Below, piece after piece: positions 10,025 through 19,111 of a DNA stretch of 64,000 bases. Origin of the DNA: Patescibacteria group bacterium (GTDB lineage Bacteria > Patescibacteriota > JAQUNI01); contig JAQUNI010000001.1 in assembly GCA_028717685.1 (NCBI GenBank), forward strand, positions 207,451 through 271,450. The letters are read 5' to 3'. A model generated the notes under the pieces. It saw only the letters and a program-made list of their open reading frames with translations, did no database searches and had not been told where the DNA came from. Position numbers and translations under genes: made by a program. Each line of letters begins with the position of its first letter. Within the stretch, counting starts at the first letter, position 1.

Positions 10025-11104
10025 TCACAAATACTTCTTCTGCCCATTCTTCTCCAATGTCTCCACAATCTTTTTTACATCCTGCGACCGATCCTTGGGA
10101 CAGATTAACAAAATATCTTCCGTGTCAATAACCACCATATCGCGCATACCGATAGTAGCCACTAATTTTTTAGCGGGCGCATAAATTAAACTGCCGTCCG
10201 TATCCAAACCAACGTGATGGCACTTGATGTAATTCTCGGCTTGGCCGTGCGTCAAAATTTCCTTGACCGCCTGCCATTGCCCCACATCAGACCAGCCAAA
10301 TTCAGCGGGAATGGTTAAAATATTTTTGGTTTTTTCCACAATGCCATAGTCCACGGAGATGGGCTTAATCTTGCTGTACTCTTGGTTTAAAACTTTTTTT
10401 TCTTCCTTTGTGCCAATGGCTTTCTGAATCTTCCTTAATTTTTTATAAGTGTCGGGAAGATATTTTTCAAAAAGCGCGACCAAGGACTTCGCTTTCCAAA
10501 AAAACATCCCCGAATTCCATAAATATTGGCCTGAAGCGATATAGCGTTGGGCGGTTTTTAAATCCGGTTTTTCCACAAAACGTTTCACATAATAAACAGC
10601 GTCCTTGCCTCGCTTTTTTAAAAGACGGCTGCGTTCAATATAGCCATAGCCGGTTTCAGGATAAGCCGGATTCATGCCCAAAATCACCGTGTATTCCGGC
10701 CTCTCCGCAACAATCTGTTCAGCCAATTTTGCCACCCGGCGGTATTCATCTTCATCCAGAATATAATGGTCAGAGTAGACGCAAGACATCACTGCCTCCG
10801 GATCCCGTTTTTCCAAAATCATTGCCGCGAGGCCTAGAGCTGCCGCTGTATCTTTGCGTTCCGGCTCCAAAGAAAAATTGGAAAGCGAAAGAGAAGGAAG
10901 TTGTTTTCTAATATCCTTAAAATTTTTCCGCCCCGTGGTAATGAGGATATGTTTTTTATCCACGGCTTTGGCTAGACGGGTGAAAGTTTTTTGTAAAAGC
11001 GTGCGGTTGCCAATAATGGCTTGGGATTGTTTGGGTTTAGCCTTGCGGCTTACAGGCCAAAGGCGCGTCCCCGTTCCGCCCGCCATAATCACGGCGTAGA
11101 ACAT
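10025..11104 (-). CDS. manC: Mannose-1-phosphate guanylyltransferase
   Basis: AVIMAGGTGTRLWPVSR, PETGYGYI, FVEKP, WSDVG; start moved to MFYAV. Confidence 0.9.
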   Translation of the reverse strand: MFYAVIMAGGTGTRLWPVSRKAKPKQSQAIIGNRTLLQKTFTRLAKAVDKKHILITTGRKNFKDIRKQLPSLSLSNFSLEPERKDTAAALGLAAMILEKRDPEAVMSCVYSDHYILDEDEYRRVAKLAEQIVAERPEYTVILGMNPAYPETGYGYIERSRLLKKRGKDAVYYVKRFVEKPDLKTAQRYIASGQYLWNSGMFFWKAKSLVALFEKYLPDTYKKLRKIQKAIGTKEEKKVLNQEYSKIKPISVDYGIVEKTKNILTIPAEFGWSDVGQWQAVKEILTHGQAENYIKCHHVGLDTDGSLIYAPAKKLVATIGMRDMVVIDTEDILLICPKDRSQDVKKIVETLEKNGQKKYL

Positions 11105-11110
11105 AGAAAT

Positions 11111-11574
11111 AAAGTTAAAAGGTAAAGTGCAAAGTGCAAAACTAAAGCGCAAAGTTCAAAATTATTTCCTTCCCTTAAGAGTTAGTAAGCTTGCTCCGAG
11201 TATTTTTGCTAGTTCCTCTACTTCTTTTAGAAGTAAACTAATTTCTTCCTTTGGGAATTTAGTCGCATCTCTTAGTAAACCTAACCAATACTTTGTTTCG
11301 TTTGCTGACTTTAAGGCAATTTCATAAAATCTAGTAAAATCCCTTTTAGAACTCGCAGCCTGGGCTTCTATAATGTTTGCTCCTACTGAAGTAGCTGATC
11401 TCAAAAGTTGATCTGCAATTATCCGAAAAATATTTTGGCTAGGTAATTTACTAACAAATTTAATAATCTGAATTGAAAAATAATATGCACGATATTTAAG
11501 TTGTTGTTTAACTTCCATAACTTTTACGCTTTAAGCTGTGGTTTTGCCTTTTGCACTTTGCCTTTTGCACTTTT
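11111..11574. mobile_element. Heptamer inverted-repeat element (AAAGTGC family) carrying the intact four-helix-bundle gene
   Basis: aaagtgc-aaagtgc-aaaact-aaagcgc-aaagttc arm (11111-11160) and ttttgcc-ttttgca-ctttgcc-ttttgca arm (11521-11574). Confidence 0.6.
11162..11518 (-). CDS. Four-helix-bundle protein (23S rRNA IVP / TIGR02436-like), intact
   Basis: QLLRSATSVGANIIEAQAASSKRDF...IALKSANETKYWL. Confidence 0.9.
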   Translation of the reverse strand: MEVKQQLKYRAYYFSIQIIKFVSKLPSQNIFRIIADQLLRSATSVGANIIEAQAASSKRDFTRFYEIALKSANETKYWLGLLRDATKFPKEEISLLLKEVEELAKILGASLLTLKGRK

Positions 11575-12203
11575 ACTAATGGCACAAACGAAAACCCTGG
11601 CTCTTCGGTAATTTCAAAATCATCTTCACTTATCTTTTCCAATCGCGTCATTGTGCAAGCATAAGGCGAGCCCACGGGAATGACCATCACCCCGCCCACT
11701 TTTAACTGCGCTTTTAAAGCTTTAGGAATATTGACGGCCGCCGCCGCCACAATAATGCGGCCATAAGGTGCCGCTACCGGATGCCCCTTCCAACCATCGC
11801 CTAAAATAAATTGAACATTGCGGAGACCTAATGCTTTGACATTTTTCTCGCCAAACTCTTTTAATTCCGGAATTACTTCTAGGGCGTAAACTTTCCCTTT
11901 GGCGCCAACAATATGCGCGAGCAGCCCTGTCTGCCAGCCAGAGCCTGAACCCACATCCAAAATCTTATCTCCCCTTTTCGGAGCGAGCATCTCCAGCATA
12001 ATCGCGACGGTCAAGGGCTGGGAAATCGTCTGACCAAAACCAATGGGCAAAGGGGCGTTAATTTCCGACTGTTCGCGCAGATCCTCTGCGCTTCTACCCT
12101 CCCTGGGGATAAAACGAAAGCGAGGCACTCTTCTAAATGCCTCAATGATCCGCGGTGTGCGCAAATGCCCTTGACTGATTAGGGTCTCAATTAGAGCGGA
12201 CAT
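11508..12203 (-). CDS. pcm: Protein-L-isoaspartate O-methyltransferase
   Basis: PIGFGQTISQP, LDVGSGSGW, FSFVPLV; C-terminal tail is repeat-derived. Confidence 0.92.
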   Translation of the reverse strand: MSALIETLISQGHLRTPRIIEAFRRVPRFRFIPREGRSAEDLREQSEINAPLPIGFGQTISQPLTVAIMLEMLAPKRGDKILDVGSGSGWQTGLLAHIVGAKGKVYALEVIPELKEFGEKNVKALGLRNVQFILGDGWKGHPVAAPYGRIIVAAAAVNIPKALKAQLKVGGVMVIPVGSPYACTMTRLEKISEDDFEITEEPGFSFVPLVKVQKAKCKRQNHSLKRKSYGS

Positions 12204-12500
12204 AATGATGTTTATAATCTATCACAAATTTCTTTCCGAATCAAGGGAAAGACCCCCTCTTGCCTCCCCCTTGGTAAGGGGGAGTGCCGCTCCCACCCCC
12301 TCTAGTGTCAGGTTCTTATAATGCGAGTTTCACTAATATAGGTCTGCATTCTGGCCTGCCGGCAGGCAGGCAGGCTCCATAATCCCCTCGCTTCGCTCGG
12401 GGATTATGGAGCTCCTTGACTTTTATCTTTGTATATTCTAAAATCAATGTGCCCTGAATATCCTTAGATCTTTACACTAATACTGAAAGGAGAGAAAAAT

Positions 12501-12827
12501 ATGTCTCAGGAAAAACCAAAGAGAAGGATTATGTCACAACTGGAATTGGAAGAGCTCACTGACCCAAAGATAGTTATGTCAGAAGAGGAACGAAAAAAGT
12601 ACACTGGCCTTCTATTTAAGTGCAAAAGAGTTCTCCGTGGTTTCGGCTGGCATTATCTGGAAGGTCCGAATGGCATTGGTAAAGATGGCACCTTGGCAAT
12701 ACTGCGGCTAATGTATACAAAGGGATTACCTGACCCACACAGTATACTACACACTATCCCTTCGTTCCTCTACACTCTAGAATATGTGATACAACTATTC
12801 AAGATGTATGAGGAAAAAATGGAATAA
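12501..12827 (+). CDS. Hypothetical protein (stand-alone unit)
   Basis: AAGGAG SD; TTGACT/TAAAAT promoter near 12416; terminator at 12873-12900. Confidence 0.6.
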   Translation: MSQEKPKRRIMSQLELEELTDPKIVMSEEERKKYTGLLFKCKRVLRGFGWHYLEGPNGIGKDGTLAILRLMYTKGLPDPHSILHTIPSFLYTLEYVIQLFKMYEEKME

Positions 12828-13222
12828 GTGCTGCGGCATTAGATGTTAGTGATTTGACAAAACAAATGCCTTGACCCACGGAATAAGCTGGGTCTTTTTT
12901 TATAATAAATACCTCCCACCCCCTCTTAATCAGAGGGTAAAAATCCTTGCTTTTTTTCTTTAGATATGATATAATATAACCATCAAGTACAAAGAGCTCG
13001 CCCCGTGTTTAAAGCGAGCTTTTCGGCTTTTTAGGGATGTCGTTCGAACGACATTCTAAAGACATCCTAAAGAACGGTGAGACCCGCCTCCGCTAAAGCT
13101 TCCCCCTTCGCTCACAAGCTTCGGGGGACAAGTCGGAGGGTGAGACCCGCCTGAAGCCGACTACGGCGAAGTAAATCAAAACAAAAAATATCCTGCTCCA
13201 AAATAAGGGTAGGACACATAAA

Positions 13223-14644
13223 ATGAATACCAAAACCATTCTCAAATGGTGCGTGCCGCGCAAGAACAATCAATACCAACCTTACGCTCTGCGTAAAAAG
13301 GCGCTTACCTTTTATGTCGCCGTGATTTTCATACTGAAGGCGAGCGTCGGTTTTTTGTTTTTCGCTTTTCCGGAAACCGCCTATCTCTCCCAAGTGAGCA
13401 TTAAAGAAATCGTAGACCTCGCGAACCAATCCCGCGCCGAGGTAGGCCTTGCTCCCCTTAAACTGAATGCCAAATTAAATATCTCGTCCGCGGGAAAAGC
13501 CGAAGATATGATGACGAAACAATACTTTGCCCATACCTCGCCCGAGGGCGTGGAGCCTTGGTATTGGTTTGAGAAAGCGGGCTATCCCTACACCTATGCG
13601 GGAGAAAATTTGGCTCTCGGTTTTGAAACAAGCGCGGGCGTGCATCAAGCCTGGATGAATTCTAAAGGTCATCGCGACAATATTATCAATCCTAATTACA
13701 AAGAGATTGGCGTCGCGATTATTTACGGCAGTTTTGAAGGCAATTTCACCACGATTATTGTTCAGCATTTCGGCTCTGTTGAATCCACAACTCCCCAAGA
13801 AGTCCCTGCCTATCCGCCTCCGAAAAAAGAAATACCCGCGCCGACCGCTCCGCCTCAAACTCCCGCTGGTGCCGACCGCACGGCTCCCGCTCCCCCGCGC
13901 ATTCTTACTCCCGCTCCCCGCTACCTGACGAATAATAAAGAAGTGACCATCACGGGACAAGCCGAAGCGGAAAGCACGGTTTTAATCTATGAAAAGAACG
14001 AAAAGATCGGCCAGACCAAAGCTACTAAAAAGAACCGCTTTAATTTTGCTTCCGCCTCTGATTTTTCCGATGGCGAACATTCTTTCCGCGCCATGGCGGT
14101 AGATAAAGCAGGAAACCGCAGCGCTTTCTCTAAAAGCGTGGCGGTGGTCATTGACACAACTCCGCCGGTGATTGATATGGAAAAATCATATATCCTGCCT
14201 ACTTATCTTAATCCGCTTAAAACCTTTGATGTCTTCGCTTATGTGACTGGCGAACCGGTGGAAGTCAAAGCCACTGCCGGTCAAAACGAGGTTATGCTCA
14301 AGGAAAAAGAGGCGCATCTCTATCGCGAAGTCATTAACCAATCCACTGGCGGGGTTTGGGTTCAAGCAAAAGATGCCGCCGGCAATATTACCAAAGCAAA
14401 ATTAAACTTTACCCAAAATGTCAGCAGTGAGCGCGACCTGCATCTGGTAGACTCCGACAATAGCTGGACGCTTTTCTTAAACACACTGGATCAAACTAGC
14501 CGCAATCTTATTATAGTCTTTAGCGCCGCGATTGCGATTCTTCTGCTTGTAAATATTCTTGTGCATATCAAAAAACAAAACAGTAAAACCATCAGCTCTG
14601 TCCTGCTGATTATCCTTATTAACGGTCTTCTCCTGGCGGTTTAA
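13223..14644 (+). CDS. CAP (SCP) domain surface protein with Pro-rich linker, Ig-like domain and C-terminal TMs
   Basis: YFAHTSPEG, AGENLA, WMNSKGHRDNI; DGEHSFRAMAVDKAGN...IDTTPP. Confidence 0.85.
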   Translation: MNTKTILKWCVPRKNNQYQPYALRKKALTFYVAVIFILKASVGFLFFAFPETAYLSQVSIKEIVDLANQSRAEVGLAPLKLNAKLNISSAGKAEDMMTKQYFAHTSPEGVEPWYWFEKAGYPYTYAGENLALGFETSAGVHQAWMNSKGHRDNIINPNYKEIGVAIIYGSFEGNFTTIIVQHFGSVESTTPQEVPAYPPPKKEIPAPTAPPQTPAGADRTAPAPPRILTPAPRYLTNNKEVTITGQAEAESTVLIYEKNEKIGQTKATKKNRFNFASASDFSDGEHSFRAMAVDKAGNRSAFSKSVAVVIDTTPPVIDMEKSYILPTYLNPLKTFDVFAYVTGEPVEVKATAGQNEVMLKEKEAHLYREVINQSTGGVWVQAKDAAGNITKAKLNFTQNVSSERDLHLVDSDNSWTLFLNTLDQTSRNLIIVFSAAIAILLLVNILVHIKKQNSKTISSVLLIILINGLLLAV

Positions 14645-14820
14645 TCTTGGTTATTCTTGGGGTTTTTAAAGTCGGAGCCTCAAAATAACAATAGTAAAAC
14701 CCGCCTTCGTCTAATAGACTTCGGCGAGGTAAAACAAAAACAAAAAAACACCCTTAAATAAGTAAGAGGGTGTTTTAATTATTAAAAATATTGACAGCAT
14801 GAAATAAAAAAGAATATAAT

Positions 14821-14920
14821 GGTAGCGGATAGGTAAATACCCCTCCCAAAAGAGTATGAGCTTATTCCAGCCTTCAGGGAGCCCTTGATTTTGAAGAAAG
14901 CTTCCGGAAGGCTTTTTATT
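14821..14920 (+). ncRNA. Candidate small RNA
   Basis: TTGACA(14791)-18 nt-TATAAT(14815); about 95 nt with no convincing ORF, ending in aaagcttcc/ggaaggcttttt terminator. Confidence 0.35.
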
Positions 14921-14990
14921 ATTTTTTTAAAGAAACTGTGAACAACTTAAAACAAAAAACGCCTTTAAATAAACAAGAGAGTGTTTTAAT

Positions 14991-15074
14991 AAAGCGAAAG
15001 GCGAAAAGTGTAAAACGTAAAACCGCAACTTAAAGCTCAAAGCTTTACACTTTGCGCTTTGCACTTTGCGCTTT
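14991..15074. repeat. Empty AAAG-family heptamer element, similar to the arms around 11162-11518
   Basis: aaaagtgtaaaacgtaaaaccgcaacttaaagctcaaag resembles the minus-strand arm aaagtgcaaaaggcaaaaccacagcttaaagcgtaaaag. Confidence 0.7.
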
Positions 15075-15078
15075 CATC

Positions 15079-15121
15079 TGTGGATAACTTTTTGACTCCT
15101 TTAATCAAGATAGTATATAAT
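15079..15121 (+). promoter_or_regulatory. DnaA box plus sigma70-type promoter of the fibre operon
   Basis: TGTGGATAA (reverse complement of TTATCCACA) at 15079, TTGACT at 15092, TATAAT at 15116. Confidence 0.55.
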
Positions 15122-15436
15122 GATATATCTTTCCTAGTTTAAGCCTCAAAAATAAAAAATAATGTTTCAGAAAGAGCAAGGAAACCGAGTCAAAAAAAAT
15201 CAATTCAGCTGGGGGCTCGTTTATATTTTATTGATAAAAAAACAACGCAGTCGAAAGTCCTTTTGTTAATTCAAGGGACTTTTTAAATAAAATAAGTTTG
15301 CTTTCTAGCCTCTTTGAAATCAAAGAGGTAAACAACAAAGACTTTAACAAGGAGGGATAAGTCTCCCCCTTTTTATTTTAAAGGGTAAAGGCAAGCTTAT
15401 TTCTTAAAAATTATTTATGAAAGGAGGTGTTAAAAA

Positions 15437-16657
15437 ATGAAAAAAATTATTCTAGGCTTAGTTGCTGGGGTCGCTATAGTCGGCGGCGTCGTGGCGATGT
15501 CCGCCTTTGAGGCGCATGTCGTCAATGTTACCGCCAAGATTGAGAACGCGTTGGATGTACCCATTACAGAACTCGATTTTGGTACAGTCTTCCCAGAAGA
15601 AGTGCTCAACAAAACCATGGCTGTGAACTTAAGCGAATCGTTTATGGAGCAAGCCCAATGCAGTACGACAAGCATTATTGAAAATGGCGGGTTTGAAATT
15701 CCAGAAGTTACAAACCCTGCCAAATGGGAGACATTTCCTGTAGTCCCTGGTTGGAATATTACATGGGTAAATCCTGGAGATGCCCCTGCTCCTGCTTTGA
15801 TTGAATACCAGGCAGGTGTTAATGGTTGGAATTCTCATGAGGGTAATCAATGGACAGAGCTTGCCTCTGATTGGGGTCAAGCGCCAAACAGCTTGCCCAA
15901 TGACGCGCGGGTAATCATTTCCCAAGAAATATCAACCACAGTCGGCGCGAAATACACATTAACCTATTGGTATTCGGGCCGTCCGGGCCAGTCAAGCGCT
16001 GATAATATGATGGATGTAAGAGTAAATGGCATAACTAAACCATACGCAGAAAACAATCCCGGAGCCAATACGAATTGGAAAGAAGACAGCATTGAATTTG
16101 TCGCAACTGCCAGCACAACCAAAATTGAATTTCAAGGAACTGGAGCAAACCATACCTACGGAATGTTCCTAGACGATGTCAGCTTGGTTGAATGCGGTCG
16201 GGTCAGTACGGTTGATTACGTCTTGCGCCAGAAGCCCAAGTGTGTTGACGACAATAATTCTTCTATTCATCCCCAAGTCACTCATAACACAAATGGCGAT
16301 TTTGCTTGCCCTGAAGGTTCAACGATGATGCCCTTGCTCTGTCCTTATCTCTCTAAATCAGAAACAACGAATGATGGCGGCGAAGGGCAAAATAATGATG
16401 GTGTCGCGATTGCGGCCTTCCATGGCCCACTGACTGGATGGACAATGAAAAACACAGAAGACTGGCAAACTGGCGGCACATTATCCGCGGCGATCGGAGA
16501 CATTATGGATGAATGGTTAATTGATCTCCATGCCCCCTGCTTTAAAGGTATGTGCGCCCAAGACAATAAGATTGACCCAGAGTACCAAGCCGATCCAGCA
16601 CTTGAACACGCAGTCTTTGGCTGTGATCTCTGGCTGGAAGTGACAGGTATTGATTAA
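15437..16657 (+). CDS. Putative SipW-processed fibre subunit (TasA-like) with inserted jelly-roll/CBM-like domain
   Basis: Strong SD; signal ...VVAMSA|FEAHVVNVTA; LDFGTVFP; NGGFE...LDDVSL insert between Cys75 and Cys253; LCPYLSK, WLIDL, GCDLW. Confidence 0.6.
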   Translation: MKKIILGLVAGVAIVGGVVAMSAFEAHVVNVTAKIENALDVPITELDFGTVFPEEVLNKTMAVNLSESFMEQAQCSTTSIIENGGFEIPEVTNPAKWETFPVVPGWNITWVNPGDAPAPALIEYQAGVNGWNSHEGNQWTELASDWGQAPNSLPNDARVIISQEISTTVGAKYTLTYWYSGRPGQSSADNMMDVRVNGITKPYAENNPGANTNWKEDSIEFVATASTTKIEFQGTGANHTYGMFLDDVSLVECGRVSTVDYVLRQKPKCVDDNNSSIHPQVTHNTNGDFACPEGSTMMPLLCPYLSKSETTNDGGEGQNNDGVAIAAFHGPLTGWTMKNTEDWQTGGTLSAAIGDIMDEWLIDLHAPCFKGMCAQDNKIDPEYQADPALEHAVFGCDLWLEVTGID

Positions 16658-16794
16658 GCTAATATAGCCAATTAACTAACACAGGTACAACCTTTAATTC
16701 CCTTTAGACAACTTTCATTGTTGATCGTTTCCCCTCTGCTCCTGCGCAAGGCGGACGGAGGGGAGGGATTAGTAATGAAATCATTAAAAAAATT

Positions 16795-17307
16795 ATGCTT
16801 GAAAATAATTCGGAGGAAGAAAAGAACCCCGAAAACGAAGCGGAAAATCCAGTCCAAAAGTTAATGTCCGAAAAGAAGGCAGAAAAGCCCAAAAGAAAAA
16901 TAAAGGTCGGGCGCATTATTGGCTATGTAATCATTGCAATTATCGCGGTCTTTATTGTTGTCCAGCTTTTGAGCGCTTCCTATTATAAGATGACTGTCAA
17001 TGTCGTGGAGGGTGAAAATGTGGTCGGGGTCAATCCCACGGCGGAAAAATTGGATTTTGGCGATCTTTCCCGCGGCAGTAGTATGACCCGCTACGTAACT
17101 TTAAAAAGTGCGGGAAAATCCCCAAGTTACATTATAGTCTGGAAATTTGGCGGCGTTGCCTCGCTCGTTAAGGTGGAAAAAAACTACTTTACACTTAATT
17201 CCAGTGAAGAGGTAAAAATTACTTTTTCTCTTACCATTCCTCCTTCCGCCCAAATCAAACACTATAACGGTCAAGTGATTATTTTCAAACTACCCAAGAT
17301 TTTCTAA
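16795..17307 (+). CDS. Membrane-anchored accessory protein of the fibre operon
   Basis: Single TM followed by a beta-rich domain with the LDFG motif shared with neighbours. Confidence 0.55.
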   Translation: MLENNSEEEKNPENEAENPVQKLMSEKKAEKPKRKIKVGRIIGYVIIAIIAVFIVVQLLSASYYKMTVNVVEGENVVGVNPTAEKLDFGDLSRGSSMTRYVTLKSAGKSPSYIIVWKFGGVASLVKVEKNYFTLNSSEEVKITFSLTIPPSAQIKHYNGQVIIFKLPKIF

Positions 17308-17313
17308 GTAAGT

Positions 17314-17805
17314 ATGAAAAAGATTTTGCAATATTTTCAAAAGCGTAAGGAAGAAAAATGCACACAAGCGGAAGAATTAAGTAAGAGGCAAAAAATTTTC
17401 CGGAAAGCTATCGGTTATCTATTTTATGTTGGGATTTTAATTGGACTCTTCTACGGTACACCCAAAATTCTATCCTATCTTCTAAATACTAAATATCCCT
17501 TTGCGTCAATTACATCGGGGTCAATGTGGCCAGTCTTAAAGAAGGGAGATCTCGCCTTAATCTGCGGCGTAGAACCCTCTGAAATCAAAACGAATGATGT
17601 TGTGGTTTTCCCTAATGAAAATGGCGCTTTAGCAATCCATCGGGTGATTAAAATAAATGGCGATAAAATTATTACCAAAGGCGACGCCAACACTAAAGAA
17701 GATAAACCTATTAACCGCTCCGACATCTTGGGTCGACTTTGCACAGTGGGTTCCCTTGAGGCAAAAATCCCAAAAATCGGATTAATCGCTCCACTTTTTC
17801 ACTAA
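17314..17805 (+). CDS. sipW: Signal peptidase I, SipW/archaeal (S26B) type
   Basis: ITSGSMWP (Ser), AIHRVI (His), ITKGDAN. Confidence 0.85.
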   Translation: MKKILQYFQKRKEEKCTQAEELSKRQKIFRKAIGYLFYVGILIGLFYGTPKILSYLLNTKYPFASITSGSMWPVLKKGDLALICGVEPSEIKTNDVVVFPNENGALAIHRVIKINGDKIITKGDANTKEDKPINRSDILGRLCTVGSLEAKIPKIGLIAPLFH

Positions 17806-17812
17806 ATTATTT

Positions 17813-19090
17813 ATGCCAAAGATGAGTAGCAAAAATAAGTATTTGACTCTTGGTCTCCAAACACTAGGAATATTTATTGTTTTTGTTTTAGCTTTTTTCT
17901 GGGCAAATAAATCATTTGCTTATGAAGCGCATGTGATTGGCGTAACAGCGATGTTTCAAAATTATGTTTGCGGCGATGGCAATCTCAATCCCGGCGAAGA
18001 ATGCGATGACGGCAACAACACTAATGGCGATGGCTGTTCGGCGACTTGCGTCCTTGAGAAAACACCTAGTTGCATGAAAATTAACGAGGTCTATTACTAT
18101 CCAGATGATGCGCATGGCGGCGGGGATGCCGAATGGATTGAGCTTTATAATGCTTGCGAATATCAAGTTAATCTTAAAAATTGGTATTTGAAAGACAACA
18201 CTCAAACGGAAACCATCCATCAAAATTATATTATTGACCCCAGTCAATTTGTAGTTCTCGCGCCCAATGCTTCAATTTGGGAAAAATACTGGGATATTAC
18301 CCCTACGAACGCCATAAAAATCGCTTTGGGCGGCGGACAAAAAATGTTTAATAATCTAGCGAATGACGGCGATCGGGTTTTCCTTTATGATAATCACGAT
18401 AATGAGATTGACGCAGTAAGCTGGGGCGCGGATACAACCGCTTTTGACCCGAGCGTCCCCGGTGTTACCGAAGGTCATTCTATCGCCCGTAAAACAAAAG
18501 GTGTGGATACCGATACAGCAGACGACTGGGGAGATTTACCTACACCCAACCCGGGCACAAATCCCCATTCAACAATCCAAACAACTGTTCCTGAACCGCC
18601 CAAATTACAAACCAGTAATCTTAATATCGCTGGCGACAGCACGCCGATAATAACTGACACGACTGTGGGCGATGCCGATGATTCCACGCCCGCGACCAAG
18701 AATAACATAATAACCGACCCTGGCGATTCTACGCCCGCGACTGATACCCTTGAGGTAAAAGAACAGGAAGATATATCCCCTGCCTTAGAATCAAATGAAA
18801 ACCAAGAAGATAATGATAGCGCGGAAAATCCTGGTGAAACAGAAGATATTTCTCCTCCCTCCGGTTCTGATGACTCTCAAACCGATTTAACGCAAGAAGA
18901 CCCTGTAACAGACAATACGCCACCTGCTGCTAATAAAGAAGACATCAATAACACTGATTCATCTCTATCCCCGCCTGAAAATCCAGAGCCAGAAGAGGAA
19001 ACCAGTCCAACCAATAACCCAGAATCAAATTCTTCTTCTGAATCCCCTCCCCCTAACCCCGCAGAAGGTACGGAAAATAATCCCTCTTAA
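17813..19090 (+). CDS. Secreted protein: shared N-terminal strand, Myxococcus Cys-rich repeat, lamin-tail domain, acidic Pro-rich tail
   Basis: SFA|YEAHVIGVTA; CGDG..GEECDDGN..GDGCSATC; INEVYY..EWIELYN..PTPNPG. Confidence 0.75.
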   Translation: MPKMSSKNKYLTLGLQTLGIFIVFVLAFFWANKSFAYEAHVIGVTAMFQNYVCGDGNLNPGEECDDGNNTNGDGCSATCVLEKTPSCMKINEVYYYPDDAHGGGDAEWIELYNACEYQVNLKNWYLKDNTQTETIHQNYIIDPSQFVVLAPNASIWEKYWDITPTNAIKIALGGGQKMFNNLANDGDRVFLYDNHDNEIDAVSWGADTTAFDPSVPGVTEGHSIARKTKGVDTDTADDWGDLPTPNPGTNPHSTIQTTVPEPPKLQTSNLNIAGDSTPIITDTTVGDADDSTPATKNNIITDPGDSTPATDTLEVKEQEDISPALESNENQEDNDSAENPGETEDISPPSGSDDSQTDLTQEDPVTDNTPPAANKEDINNTDSSLSPPENPEPEEETSPTNNPESNSSSESPPPNPAEGTENNPS

Positions 19091-19111
19091 ACTCTCTGTG
19101 TATATAATTTT

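Noticed and set aside
11162-11518. Diversity-generating retroelement (Avd-like gene)
   Set aside because: No reverse transcriptase and no TR/VR pair with adenine-specific mismatches were seen in the window
14880-14920. SRP RNA because of TCCGGAAGG
   Set aside because: It lacks the flanking CAGG/AGCAG internal-loop motif and reads as a terminator hairpin
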